64,000 nucleotides of DNA from Cyanophyceae cyanobacterium (GTDB taxonomy: Bacteria > Cyanobacteriota > Cyanobacteriia > Cyanobacteriales > JBHJGN01), in contig JBHJGN010000019.1 of the NCBI GenBank assembly GCA_050331735.1, forward strand, positions 90,603 to 154,602. Reading direction: 5' to 3'. The notes beneath the pieces are model-generated. The model was not told the origin of the DNA. It was given only the letters and a program-made list of their open reading frames with translations, and did not search any database. This document shows, one piece after another, positions 39,912 through 49,700 of the stretch (the stretch's first letter is position 1; each line of letters starts with the position of its first letter). The position numbers and the translations under genes were made by a program.

Positions 39912-41105
39912 ATGAGCGGACAACCCCCATTCCAGCCACCCGGTAACAACGGCAATAGCTACGCTAGCGAAGCGCAGCGAGCATTAGAGAGAGAAAGAAA
40001 CCTGCCCATGACCGGGTGGCAACAAGAAGTCGATCAGGGGTTAGAGTACGGTTTAGAAGCCGCTGACAGCATCCGCGATCGCACCATTTCGACGTTTTCG
40101 CGGGGGGAATTACCGCACTACGCGGGTATTAACACCTTTCTCAAAGCTCCCTACATTGAAGATGTTCGCACAGTCGGCAACTACGATGTCGCGATCATCG
40201 GCGTTCCTCATGACTCAGGCACCACCTATCGCCCCGGGACTCGGTTTGGACCGCAAGGTATCCGACAAATTTCAGCGCTGTACACGCCCTATAACTTTGA
40301 ATTTGGCGTAGATTTGCGAGAACAAATTACTCTCTGCGATGTCGGGGATATCTTTACCATTCCCGGCAACAACGAAAAATCCTTCGACCAGATTTCTAAA
40401 GGGATCGCTCACGTTTTTAGTTCTGGCGCTTTTCCGATTATTTTAGGCGGCGACCACTCCATTGGCTTTCCCACCGTTCGCGGCGTTTGTCGCCATCTCG
40501 GGGATAAAAAAGTCGGCATTATTCACTTCGATCGCCATGCGGATACGCAAGAAACTGACTTGGACGAACGGATGCACACCTGTCCCTGGTTTCATGCCAC
40601 CAATATGGAAAATGCCCCGGCGAAAAATTTAGTGCAGATGGGGATTGGCGGCTGGCAAGTGCCGCGTGCGGGGGTTAAAGTTTGCCGAGAACGAGAGACG
40701 GGCATTCTCACCGTCACCGATATTACGGAAATGGGCTTAGACGCGGCGGCGGATTTTGCCATTGAAAGAGCCACAGACGGCACCGACTGCGTTTATATCA
40801 GCTTCGACATCGACTGCATCGATGCAGGCTTTGTCCCCGGTACGGGCTGGCCTGAACCCGGTGGCTTACTGCCCCGCGAGGTTTTGTATCTGCTCAAAAA
40901 GATCGTGCAAAATACCCCTGTTTGCGGCTTAGAAGTGGTTGAGGTTTCTCCCCCCTACGACGTTAGCTCCATGACCGCGCTGATGGCCACTCGCGTGATT
41001 TGCGATACGATGGCGCATCTGGTGCTGTCGGGACAACTGCCGCGATCGCAAACCCCGGCTTACATTCACTCCGAAGCTCAGCAGGTCGATTCTCCGTGGA
41101 ACTAG
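39912..41105 (+). CDS. gdmH: Ni-dependent guanidine hydrolase (ureohydrolase family, Sll1077-type)
   Basis: FSRGELPHYAGINTF, GGDHS, HFDRHAD, MHTCPWF, DIDCID, GTGWPEPGG; riboswitch and hypAB context. Confidence 0.93.
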   Translation: MSGQPPFQPPGNNGNSYASEAQRALERERNLPMTGWQQEVDQGLEYGLEAADSIRDRTISTFSRGELPHYAGINTFLKAPYIEDVRTVGNYDVAIIGVPHDSGTTYRPGTRFGPQGIRQISALYTPYNFEFGVDLREQITLCDVGDIFTIPGNNEKSFDQISKGIAHVFSSGAFPIILGGDHSIGFPTVRGVCRHLGDKKVGIIHFDRHADTQETDLDERMHTCPWFHATNMENAPAKNLVQMGIGGWQVPRAGVKVCRERETGILTVTDITEMGLDAAADFAIERATDGTDCVYISFDIDCIDAGFVPGTGWPEPGGLLPREVLYLLKKIVQNTPVCGLEVVEVSPPYDVSSMTALMATRVICDTMAHLVLSGQLPRSQTPAYIHSEAQQVDSPWN

Positions 41106-41108
41106 GGA

Positions 41109-41265
41109 GCGCCGCAGGCGCAGGGGAAGGAGGAAAGGGAGGGTAGGGAGGGTGATGAAGTTTATCCCTAGCCCTGTGTTCTTTTCCCGTCCCGCCAGGA
41201 ACAGTTTCCCCTTTACCCGTTCCGTAGGAACAATTTCCCCCTTCCCCGTCCCGCCAGGGACAAAC
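41109..41265. repeat. Repeat cluster with micro-hairpins inside the guanidine operon
   Basis: gcgcc-gca-ggcgc, gttcc-gta-ggaac, gtccc-gcca-gggac in purine/pyrimidine runs. Confidence 0.8.
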
Positions 41266-41314
41266 CTCCACAAGCTATCGGCTTACGCAGAACTAGAAGA
41301 GAAAAGGTGTTTCA

Positions 41315-41686
41315 ATGCACGAAACTGATATGACGAAGGCTCTCATTATCACGGTTAGGGATTGGTGGGAGACGCAGCCGGAATCGCCCAAAATTAACAA
41401 GATTCATCTAATTGTGGGGCAGTTTACCTGTGTTGAACCGGTGAGTTTACAGTTTGCTTTTGAGGCTCAAACTCGTGACACCTTTCTAGAAGGAGTTGAA
41501 CTAGCCATTAAAGAAACACCTCTCATTGCTTACTGCCATCGCTGTCAGCAGGAATACAAACCTAAGCTAGGACTGCAATATGCTTGTCCTGAGTGCCAAG
41601 CACCGATGGAAGATATTCGCTCTGGACGAGAATTGAAAATCGACCGTATCGAATATTCAGAGCAAGCAAACTCCATTCACGGATAA
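41315..41686 (+). CDS. hypA: Nickel metallochaperone HypA (GhaA type)
   Basis: MHE N-terminus, CHRC..CPEC, SGRELKI. Confidence 0.93.
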   Translation: MHETDMTKALIITVRDWWETQPESPKINKIHLIVGQFTCVEPVSLQFAFEAQTRDTFLEGVELAIKETPLIAYCHRCQQEYKPKLGLQYACPECQAPMEDIRSGRELKIDRIEYSEQANSIHG

Positions 41687-41696
41687 CTGAAAAACT

Positions 41697-42395
41697 ATGC
41701 ATCAAACATTCGACGCAGCTTTAGAAGTTAATTTACTCCATGCTAATCAGCAGGGCGCAGACCACAATCGAGAACATTTCGATCGCTGGGGGATTACCTG
41801 TCTCAATATTATGAGCAGTCCTGGGGCGGGAAAAACGGTGTTGCTCGAACAAACCCTCAAGGCGCTGACAACAAAGTTTAAGATAGCCGTTATTGAAGGA
41901 GATATGACGACCGAACTGGATGCTGACCGCCTGCGCCAGTATAACGTTCCCGTGATTCCCATCAATACCGGACGTTCCTGCCATCTTGATTCAAAAATGG
42001 TGGCGGGAGGGTTGCATACTCTCGAACAGCACTATCAGCCCCAAGATTTTGATTTAGTATTGGTGGAAAACGTTGGTAATCTTGTTTGTCCTGCGGAATT
42101 TGAGGTGGGAGAACACGCGAAAGTGGCGCTTCTTAGCGTTACAGAAGGAGAAGATAAGCCTTTAAAGTATCCGGTGATGTTTCAAGAAGCAGATTGTTTA
42201 TTAATCACTAAAACTGATTTAGCACCTTATCTAGACATTGATCTAGAAAAGATTAGGGCCAACGTGCGGCAAATGAACCCCCAGGTAGCCATTATTTCTG
42301 TATCCGCTAAGACAGGTGATGGGTTAGAAACGTGGTTCGATTGGATTGGGAACTGTATTCAGCAAAATCGAGCAAAGTTGGCAGCGACGGCTTAA
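41697..42395 (+). CDS. hypB: Nickel-insertion GTPase HypB (GhaB type)
   Basis: [36 protein letters not shown]. Confidence 0.95.
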   Translation: MHQTFDAALEVNLLHANQQGADHNREHFDRWGITCLNIMSSPGAGKTVLLEQTLKALTTKFKIAVIEGDMTTELDADRLRQYNVPVIPINTGRSCHLDSKMVAGGLHTLEQHYQPQDFDLVLVENVGNLVCPAEFEVGEHAKVALLSVTEGEDKPLKYPVMFQEADCLLITKTDLAPYLDIDLEKIRANVRQMNPQVAIISVSAKTGDGLETWFDWIGNCIQQNRAKLAATA

Positions 42396-42485
42396 AAATA
42401 GCTGTTATCCATCAGCCTGAGAAATCTAATAGCTAATAGCTAATAGCTATTTCAATATAATATCGGTCTAAAACGAGGAGAAATA

Positions 42486-43973
42486 ATGACTGAAACACTT
42501 TTATTTTGGGGAATTTTACTATTCCTTTTTGCAACCATCGGCATCGGCATTTGGGCAGCTAAGCAAGTCAAAGGGGATAGTGAAAACTACCTCGTCGCCG
42601 GTAGGGGACTAGTTTTACCTCTAGCAGCAGCAACTCTGATGGCCCAATCCGTTGACTCCAACGCGACTTTAGGAAACACGGATTTGTCGGCGGAATTTGG
42701 TTTTTGGGCGGGGGCATCTTTGCCTCTAGGTTTAGCTCTCTGTTTGTTCATGACGGCACTTTTCTTTGCTAAACCAATGAACCGCATGGGACTAATTACC
42801 TTACCGGATTTCTATCGCGTTAAATACAATCGCCTCACTGAAGTCGTGGCATCTGTTCTAATGGTGTTGAGCTTTGCTTTTCTATTGGCTGGAAACATGG
42901 TTGCCGGCGGCTACCTGTTTGAAGCTTTTTTAGGAACGAGCTATACGGCAGGAGTGATGATGCTGGCGATTGTTGTTTTTATCTATACGGCAAGCGGAGG
43001 ACTGTTTGCCGTAGCCTATACGGATGCAATTCAAGTAGCGATCGCCTTTGTTGGTTCGATTAGTCTCTTTGCCTTTATTATCGCCAACTTTGGTTTAACC
43101 ATTCCAGCGGGTACAGGTCCGTTTGCGTTGGCTCAACTCACCGATCCGGCTATGGGAGCAGCGATCAACTGGGCAACACTTTTGGCTTTAGGATTAGGGG
43201 ATATTGTCGCTGTCGATTTTATGGCGCGAGTCTTTGCCGCAGAAAGTCCAGAAACGGCTCAAAGAGCCTGCTTAATTGGCTGTGCAGGGACGATTATCAT
43301 CGGAGTTCCATTTTCCTTGATTGCGCTCTCGGCAAACGACATACTGGCAGCAGCCGGAGTGAGTGCTGATGGACCGATTCTGTTTGCTCTCCTCGGTAGT
43401 GTTGTTCCTCCCATTTTGGCACTACTCGTCATCGTAGCAATCTTATCAGCTTCTCTATCCACCGCCGATGGAGCCATTTTAGGCACATCTTCAGTCATCG
43501 CTCATAACATCATTGGTATTCGTCACGACGACCATACAGCAGGCGGAGACAGACTCCTATTGGTCACCCGCGCTATGGCTTTGGTTATGACGCTGTTTGG
43601 GGTTTTCTTTGCCTTGAGAGTTCCCCAAACCGGAGTGTTACTATTGCTCGCTTTCGATCTGGGGTTTGCCGGATTGCTTGTTCCGCTTGCTGGCGGACTC
43701 TACTGGCCTAAATCGACTTGGCAGGGCGCACTTTCCTGCATCATTTTAGGATCGCTGACGCGATTAGTAATGTTTGTGTTGATGCCAACTATGTTTGGAA
43801 GCGAAAATACGCTGCTGTATATTCCTAACAACTTATTTACAGCAGATTTCGATGGGTTTCCGACCCTGATCAGTCCTCTGGTGGGGTTGGTTGCGTTTAT
43901 CGTCGTGTCTAACATGACGAAGAAAGGAGAAGTGTCAACAGAGGAACGAGAGGCCCAATTATATCGCGGCTGA
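42486..43973 (+). CDS. Sodium:solute symporter (SSS/SLC5), candidate guanidinium importer
   Basis: Many TM helices; YLVAGRGL, TLPDFY, YTASGGLFAVAYTDAIQ, SASLSTAD; GAGGAG RBS. Confidence 0.88.
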   Translation: MTETLLFWGILLFLFATIGIGIWAAKQVKGDSENYLVAGRGLVLPLAAATLMAQSVDSNATLGNTDLSAEFGFWAGASLPLGLALCLFMTALFFAKPMNRMGLITLPDFYRVKYNRLTEVVASVLMVLSFAFLLAGNMVAGGYLFEAFLGTSYTAGVMMLAIVVFIYTASGGLFAVAYTDAIQVAIAFVGSISLFAFIIANFGLTIPAGTGPFALAQLTDPAMGAAINWATLLALGLGDIVAVDFMARVFAAESPETAQRACLIGCAGTIIIGVPFSLIALSANDILAAAGVSADGPILFALLGSVVPPILALLVIVAILSASLSTADGAILGTSSVIAHNIIGIRHDDHTAGGDRLLLVTRAMALVMTLFGVFFALRVPQTGVLLLLAFDLGFAGLLVPLAGGLYWPKSTWQGALSCIILGSLTRLVMFVLMPTMFGSENTLLYIPNNLFTADFDGFPTLISPLVGLVAFIVVSNMTKKGEVSTEEREAQLYRG

Positions 43974-44123
43974 TCGCCGTTGCTCTTGTTGGCGGCTACA
44001 CAGAGGGCTTGGAGAAAGGGCAATACCAATTGAGTAAGGGTAAAGGGAAATTGTTCTTTTCCCTAAACTTAAGCTCAATCTTGGAATTTTTGAGGACGAC
44101 TGCCTCGTTGTTCAAGGTTCAAG

Positions 44124-44483
44124 TTAACGATAGTAAGTCACGCCGCGATATTTTAACTGAATGGGTTGAGCAGGCTTGGCTGTCTTCTGGGCTTTGCTCA
44201 GCGTTAGGTACCAACAGCGCTCAAGTACTTCTAATTCATTCAACAGCAAACAGAAGTTTAAGTATTGGCGCTTGTGACCATACCAAAACGTTACCGGATC
44301 GATCACTGGTTTTGCTTCTGAGCGCTGAAATAGCTGTTTAAGGTACTTAAACAAAGGAAAATGAGGTTTAATCGTCGCCTTGACGTATCCTTGGCAATGC
44401 GCTGGGCGATCGCCTACGGCCACTCCTGATGCCGATTTTGGCTCATCTCCGCTGTACGGTACTCCTCGATAGATGAGTTTCAT
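44124..44483 (-). CDS. DUF4278 domain protein
   Basis: MKLIYRGVPY at the N-terminus, LKYRGVTY at the C-terminus; GGAGG RBS. Confidence 0.85.
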   Translation of the reverse strand: MKLIYRGVPYSGDEPKSASGVAVGDRPAHCQGYVKATIKPHFPLFKYLKQLFQRSEAKPVIDPVTFWYGHKRQYLNFCLLLNELEVLERCWYLTLSKAQKTAKPAQPIQLKYRGVTYYR

Positions 44484-44518
44484 TCGCGCCACCTCCAAAG
44501 ATGCTGCATTAATTGTGA

Positions 44519-44590
44519 GGTGCGTTCCTTCAGGATCGTTAAACTTGTCCCTACTTCCGTCTCCCGGCTAGATATGAAGAGATGAACGGC
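44519..44590 (-). ncRNA. Glutamine riboswitch (glnA motif)
   Basis: Minus strand CGTTCAtctc...gagACGGAAGTAGG...cctGAAGGAACGc, directly 5' of the DUF4278 gene. Confidence 0.88.
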
Positions 44591-44687
44591 TTTTGTGCTA
44601 TATGTTCATGGTAGACAATTTTAAATTGCCCGATATGCTCCATCCGATAGAGATGTTGCCCTTGTTTGAGCAACGGTGTTGCCGAAG

Positions 44688-45431
44688 CTAGGACGATGAC
44701 AGGACGCGCTCCAAAAATGCCGTGATTTCTGCCCAGGCAGTATCCGTAGCCGCAGGATCGTAGCGATAGCCATCATCCCGCATGAAGGTATGGTTGTTTT
44801 CGTAGAGCAGCGACTGGTGGCGCACTCCTGCTTTATCAAAGGCTTGGAGAATTGTTTGCCGACCTTCCGGGGGAACGTGGGGATCGATCGTCCCAAACAG
44901 CGTCAGGACTTCTCCTTTAATTTCACCGACTCGTTCCTTCGTATCCGCAACTCCGCGACCGAGCTTGCCGCTGTGGATGCCGGTCGGATAGCAGCAGACG
45001 GCAGCTTTGACCTGACTTTGTAGCGCCGCTCGTAAGGCTAAATGGCCCCCAATACAAAAGCCCATTGCGCCCAATTTACTAGGTATTACGGTGTTCTCTG
45101 ACTGGAGCCACTCCAGAACCGCCTGAGCATCGGCGTCATATTCAGCGATCGCCGTTCGTCGGGCATCATCGTTGCCGCGCAGCTTTCCGAGATCGGTCGG
45201 TTCGATCGCGGTCCCAATCGGTTCGAGGCGATGAAAGATTTCTGGGGCAGCAACGACGTAGCCGTATCCTGCCAGACGATCGGCCAGCAGCGTGATTGGT
45301 CTGCCTAACTGGTAAATATCCGAATAAAACAGAATGCCAGGGTATTGCCCTGCTGGTTCTGGGGCAGCAACGTAGACACGCATCAGGCTATCGTCTACCG
45401 TCAACCCCAGATTGCGTTTGGTAATCTGCAA
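44688..45431 (-). CDS. Dienelactone hydrolase family protein
   Basis: YSDIYQ, GFCIGG nucleophile elbow, DPHVP, HTFMRDDG. Confidence 0.92.
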   Translation of the reverse strand: MQITKRNLGLTVDDSLMRVYVAAPEPAGQYPGILFYSDIYQLGRPITLLADRLAGYGYVVAAPEIFHRLEPIGTAIEPTDLGKLRGNDDARRTAIAEYDADAQAVLEWLQSENTVIPSKLGAMGFCIGGHLALRAALQSQVKAAVCCYPTGIHSGKLGRGVADTKERVGEIKGEVLTLFGTIDPHVPPEGRQTILQAFDKAGVRHQSLLYENNHTFMRDDGYRYDPAATDTAWAEITAFLERVLSSS

Positions 45432-45553
45432 GGGGCTTACTCCTCAAGATCTGGTGATCGTTCCCTCACAATCTATAGCAGACTGCTCGTTTTGGCAAAG
45501 CCCTATGCCTCAGTTTGTCTCTTGTTATTCCTACCAACGAAAGGACAAATTCT

Positions 45554-46690
45554 CTATTGCTCGAGTTCTTTCAGCAGCTCTTTAGAAATGACTCCATGTA
45601 TTCCTTTGACAATATCTACTACTTGAGACACTTCATAATCGATCGCTGCGCTGCCAAGCAGGAGAGCATCTTGTTTAGTCAAGCCGTACTTGGTTTCGAC
45701 AATTTCCAAAGATTCCCGAACCGCTTTCTTCATGGCCTCATCTAAATCCTCGTCTAAGCCAATGGAGAGCCAAGCTTGGGGCGTTTCTCCCATCGGAGAA
45801 TCGAGCTGCATATCTTTGTGGACAATGAGCTGGAAAGTTGGAGTCAAAGAGCATTCAATGGCCGTCAGCGCCACTTCTCCGTTGCCTTGAGCGCAGTGGG
45901 GGTCGCCGCTGTAAAACAGTGCTCCTGGAACCTGCACCGGGAGATAGAGACTTGATGTTTCAACGAGGTGCTTAATATCGACATTGCCACCGTAGTTTCC
46001 CGGGGGAATAGAGTTGACGGCATCTTCTGGGTCGAAAGGAGCGACCCCCATAATTCCCATAAAGGGATTGAGAGGAATTTCGATGTTTGGGCGATCATTA
46101 GCGGGGCGAAAGATGCCGACGCCTCGCTCGATATCCAACGGAATCACCTTGGTGTAAATTTCGGCATCATTGACGGGATATTCTCCCGGTAAAGCTCCTT
46201 TACTGTGACGATTGGAGATCACGCCGTAGGGAACCCGATACTCAATGTCAAGGGTTTTGACCTCCAGCACATCTCCTGGTTCCGCCCCTTCAACATAGAT
46301 AGGTCCGGTAATGACATGGGGACCGGGTGCCGTTCTTTCAATATTTTGCTTGACGGCAAGCTGATCGCCGAGAATCTCCTCTTCGGCAATGCCAGCCTTC
46401 GTAAAAAACTCCACCGTGTCTCCCTGATCCGGCAAAATTCCCTCATGAGAAACGGTTTCTAAAGTCACAATCGCCCCCGACTCTACCCGCAGAATTGGTT
46501 CGCTGTCGGGCTTAAATAGCTCTCCCCAAATAACGTGATCTGGAGTAGACTGCACCATATAGGTTTCAGTCTGCTCAGATTGCCCCACGACAGGGGAAAA
46601 AGAACCAATAGCCCACAACAGCGTGGCGACTAATACCGTTCCTCCTAGCCACGACCACCGACGAAACCGAAGCATGCGCAAATACTGCAT
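45554..46690 (-). CDS. Acetamidase/formamidase family protein with N-terminal signal peptide
   Basis: HVITGPIYVEGAEPGDVL, GGNVD, GDPHCAQGNGEVALTAIE; basic plus hydrophobic leader. Confidence 0.88.
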   Translation of the reverse strand: MQYLRMLRFRRWSWLGGTVLVATLLWAIGSFSPVVGQSEQTETYMVQSTPDHVIWGELFKPDSEPILRVESGAIVTLETVSHEGILPDQGDTVEFFTKAGIAEEEILGDQLAVKQNIERTAPGPHVITGPIYVEGAEPGDVLEVKTLDIEYRVPYGVISNRHSKGALPGEYPVNDAEIYTKVIPLDIERGVGIFRPANDRPNIEIPLNPFMGIMGVAPFDPEDAVNSIPPGNYGGNVDIKHLVETSSLYLPVQVPGALFYSGDPHCAQGNGEVALTAIECSLTPTFQLIVHKDMQLDSPMGETPQAWLSIGLDEDLDEAMKKAVRESLEIVETKYGLTKQDALLLGSAAIDYEVSQVVDIVKGIHGVISKELLKELEQ

Positions 46691-46765
46691 AGATTAAGCT
46701 TTCTCTACACTCTAATGGTTAGAGAAAAGGGTAGAAGACTGTTGCCGATCGGTTTGTTGTCTAAA

Positions 46766-49700
46766 TCACAATTTCTTAAAAGGTTCTGCGGGTTTCTGCG
46801 GTGGGGAGACAGGCGGTAATATAGGTTGCTTCCTGGAACTTTGACTAGCTAAGTCATGGAGCAGCGTATAGAAACAAGGAATGATGAACAAGGTGAGGAG
46901 GGTTGCTAGGGCTAATCCAGAAAAGACGACAACCCCCAGAGGTTGCAAAAACTCTCCGCCCTGCCCTAAGCCCAAGGCTAGGGGAAACATGCCGACGACC
47001 GTCGTGATGGTGGTCATGAGAATGGGTCGTAGTCTTTGGGGGGCGGCTTGGAGAATAGCCGTTTGGCGATCGACCTGTTGGCGCTCTTGAATTTGATTAG
47101 CTAGCTCTACTAAGATAATCGCGTTATTGACGACGATGCCGACCAGTAAAACGGCTCCAACAATTACCGTTGCCCCAATGGCCGTCTGGGTGAGAAATAG
47201 CCCCCAAATGCCCCCTGCTAAAGCTAAGGGAAGAGTCACCATAATCACGAGCGGATCGATGAGGGAATTGTACTGAACCGCCATCACCACGAACACCAAA
47301 AAGGCAGCCAGCCCGCCCAAAACCGAGAGCGTTGACTGAATTTCTCGATTGCTCTGGGCCGCAGCGCTAGGGAGGCGACTGACTCCCTGGGGTAACTCAA
47401 TCTCTTGAAAAATTTGCTTCAATTCCGCCAGGGCTGCTCCTAAACTAGCTCCTTCAGTGAGGTTACCGGAAATGAGGAAGATCTGACGTTGGTTAATGCG
47501 CTGAATTTCCCCTGGGGCTTGCCCTGCTTCGATACGGGTCACGTCGCCCAGGCGAATGAGGCGATCGCTCTCCTCCACAAATACCGGAATTTGCGCTAGC
47601 TGAGACGGGCGACGAATGGCCTCTTCCTGAAGCTCGACCCGCACATCGACGAGGCGATCGCCCCGCTGGAGTTGAGTAGGAACGGACCCGGCGATCGCTG
47701 TCTCTAAGGTATTGCCAATATCTTGAATGTTTAAGTTAAGGTCAGCCGCCCGTTCTCGGTCGAGGCGAATCTGAATTTCAGACTGACGCGGATCGGCATC
47801 GGGCCGAAAGCTGGCTAGGCTGGCTCGCTGTTCTAGGGTTCGTAACACCTGCTGCCCGGCTCGTTCGAGAGTGGGAGCATCATCTCCTTGAAGAATGATG
47901 TCAACTTCTGCTCCCCGTGCGGGGGAATTGTTGAGAATCAAGCCTCGGACTTCACCCGGACTAAGACGCAGGCGAATATCGACTAGATTGAGCTTGTCAA
48001 ATTCTGCCGAGACCCGCGACACAAAAGCCTCAACGTCTGTATTGGGCTTGAGCATAATCGTGCTCGTGCCCCGCAGGGGGTTTTCGCTGGTGTTGCCGCC
48101 AAAAAGAAAGCCTCCAGAGGTCGTAAACACATACTCCGTCTCCGGCTGCGCGAGCAAAATTTCATCCACTTTGGCCATCACGCGGCGATTGGTCTCCAGC
48201 GGGGTTCCGGGGGGAAATTGAGCAAACAATCTTGCTTGTCCGGTATCAATGCGGGGTAAAATCTCTTGGGGAACTCGACCAACAACGAGCAGACTGCTGC
48301 CGCCGAGCAGTAAAAACGTGCAGGCAATGACCGCAATCCGCCTTTGTAAAACGTGTTTGAGCAGGAAAGCGTAGCGCCCAGTAGCCGCTGCAAATTGACG
48401 ATTGAAAGCCTGCATGAACCCAAAACGCCCAACGGGACTCGTTCTGCGGATCGCCAGCAGCCGCGAAGCGAGCATGGGCACAACGGTAATCGCGATCAAA
48501 ATTGAGGCGGCGATCGCAAAGCTAACGGTCAGCACCAGCTCGTTAAACAGTAGCGCAATAAACCCCCCAATGAGCAAGAACGGCAAAACAGCAACTAAAT
48601 TAGTGCTGGTAGCAGCTACGAGAGCCGATTCCACCTCTTGAGAGCTAGAGATGGAGCGCTGAATGAGCTGCTGGGCATTAAGGCGCGTTTTCGCATCCCG
48701 GCCTGGAGTCATCCCCGCGCTTTCGGCAATATTTTCGAGCATGACAATGGAGTTATCGACCACAATGCCCACGCCAACGGCTAATCCGCCCAGGCTGAAT
48801 ACGTTTAAGGACAGGCCAAACAGCTTCATAAAGATAATTGCCGTTAGAGCAGCCAGCGGAATGGCCAGCACCACAATGGCCGTTTGCCGCAGCGAACCGA
48901 GAAACAGCAGCACCGAGAGCGCCGCTAGGGCAGCGCCCGCTACACCAGCATTGGTCACGTTGGCGATCGCATTGCGAATAAAGATCGATTCATCCAGAGT
49001 CGCCACCAGTTCCATGTCGGCGGGAACTACCCCAGCCTGACGGAGCTGTTCGAGGCGCTGTTTAACGCCCTCAACAACCTCAATCGTATTCGCTTCAGGC
49101 TGCTTTTGAATACTGACTTTCACCGCCGGTTGTCCGTTCAGAAACACAAAAATCCGCTGGTTTGCTTGACCGTCGATGACTTGAGCAAAGTCCCGCAAAT
49201 AGACCCGACGACGTAACGGGAATGAATTGTTTTCCGCGCCTGCTGCCGACTCTACTTCAAAGGAGAGGTCGAGAATTTCCTCGGCATCCTGAAAGCGACC
49301 AACTGCCCGGGTGAGAGGTTCGGCAAGCTCTCCTAAAATTCGCCCGCCAGAAATATCTTGATTGGTTTCTTCTAATTCAGTGAGAACCTCATTTAACCCC
49401 ACCCCCAAAGCTTGCAGGCGACTGAGGTCAATTAACACCCTCACTTCTTCTTCACCCCCTCCCGAAACGTCTACCACAGCCACTCCCTCAACGACTCCCA
49501 GTTCCCGCGCTAATTCCTCATCTGCAAACACGCGCAACTGTAATGGCTCTAAAGAACGAGAGGTCAGCGCCAGTTCGTAAACGGGGAGTTGAGACGGATC
49601 GAACTTAAACAGCCTCGGATCTTCAATGATATCGGGCAGATTCGAGCGCGCTCGATTAAAAGCAGCCGTGGCATCATTTAAAGCCTGGTCAACATCGCCC

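Noticed and set aside
39912..41105. Agmatinase (speB) or arginase call
   Set aside because: The N-terminal extension, HTCPW/GWPEPGG motifs, riboswitch and hypAB fit guanidine hydrolase better.
41315..42395. hypA/hypB as evidence of a hydrogenase cluster
   Set aside because: No hox/hup or hypCDEF genes nearby; context indicates nickel loading of GdmH.
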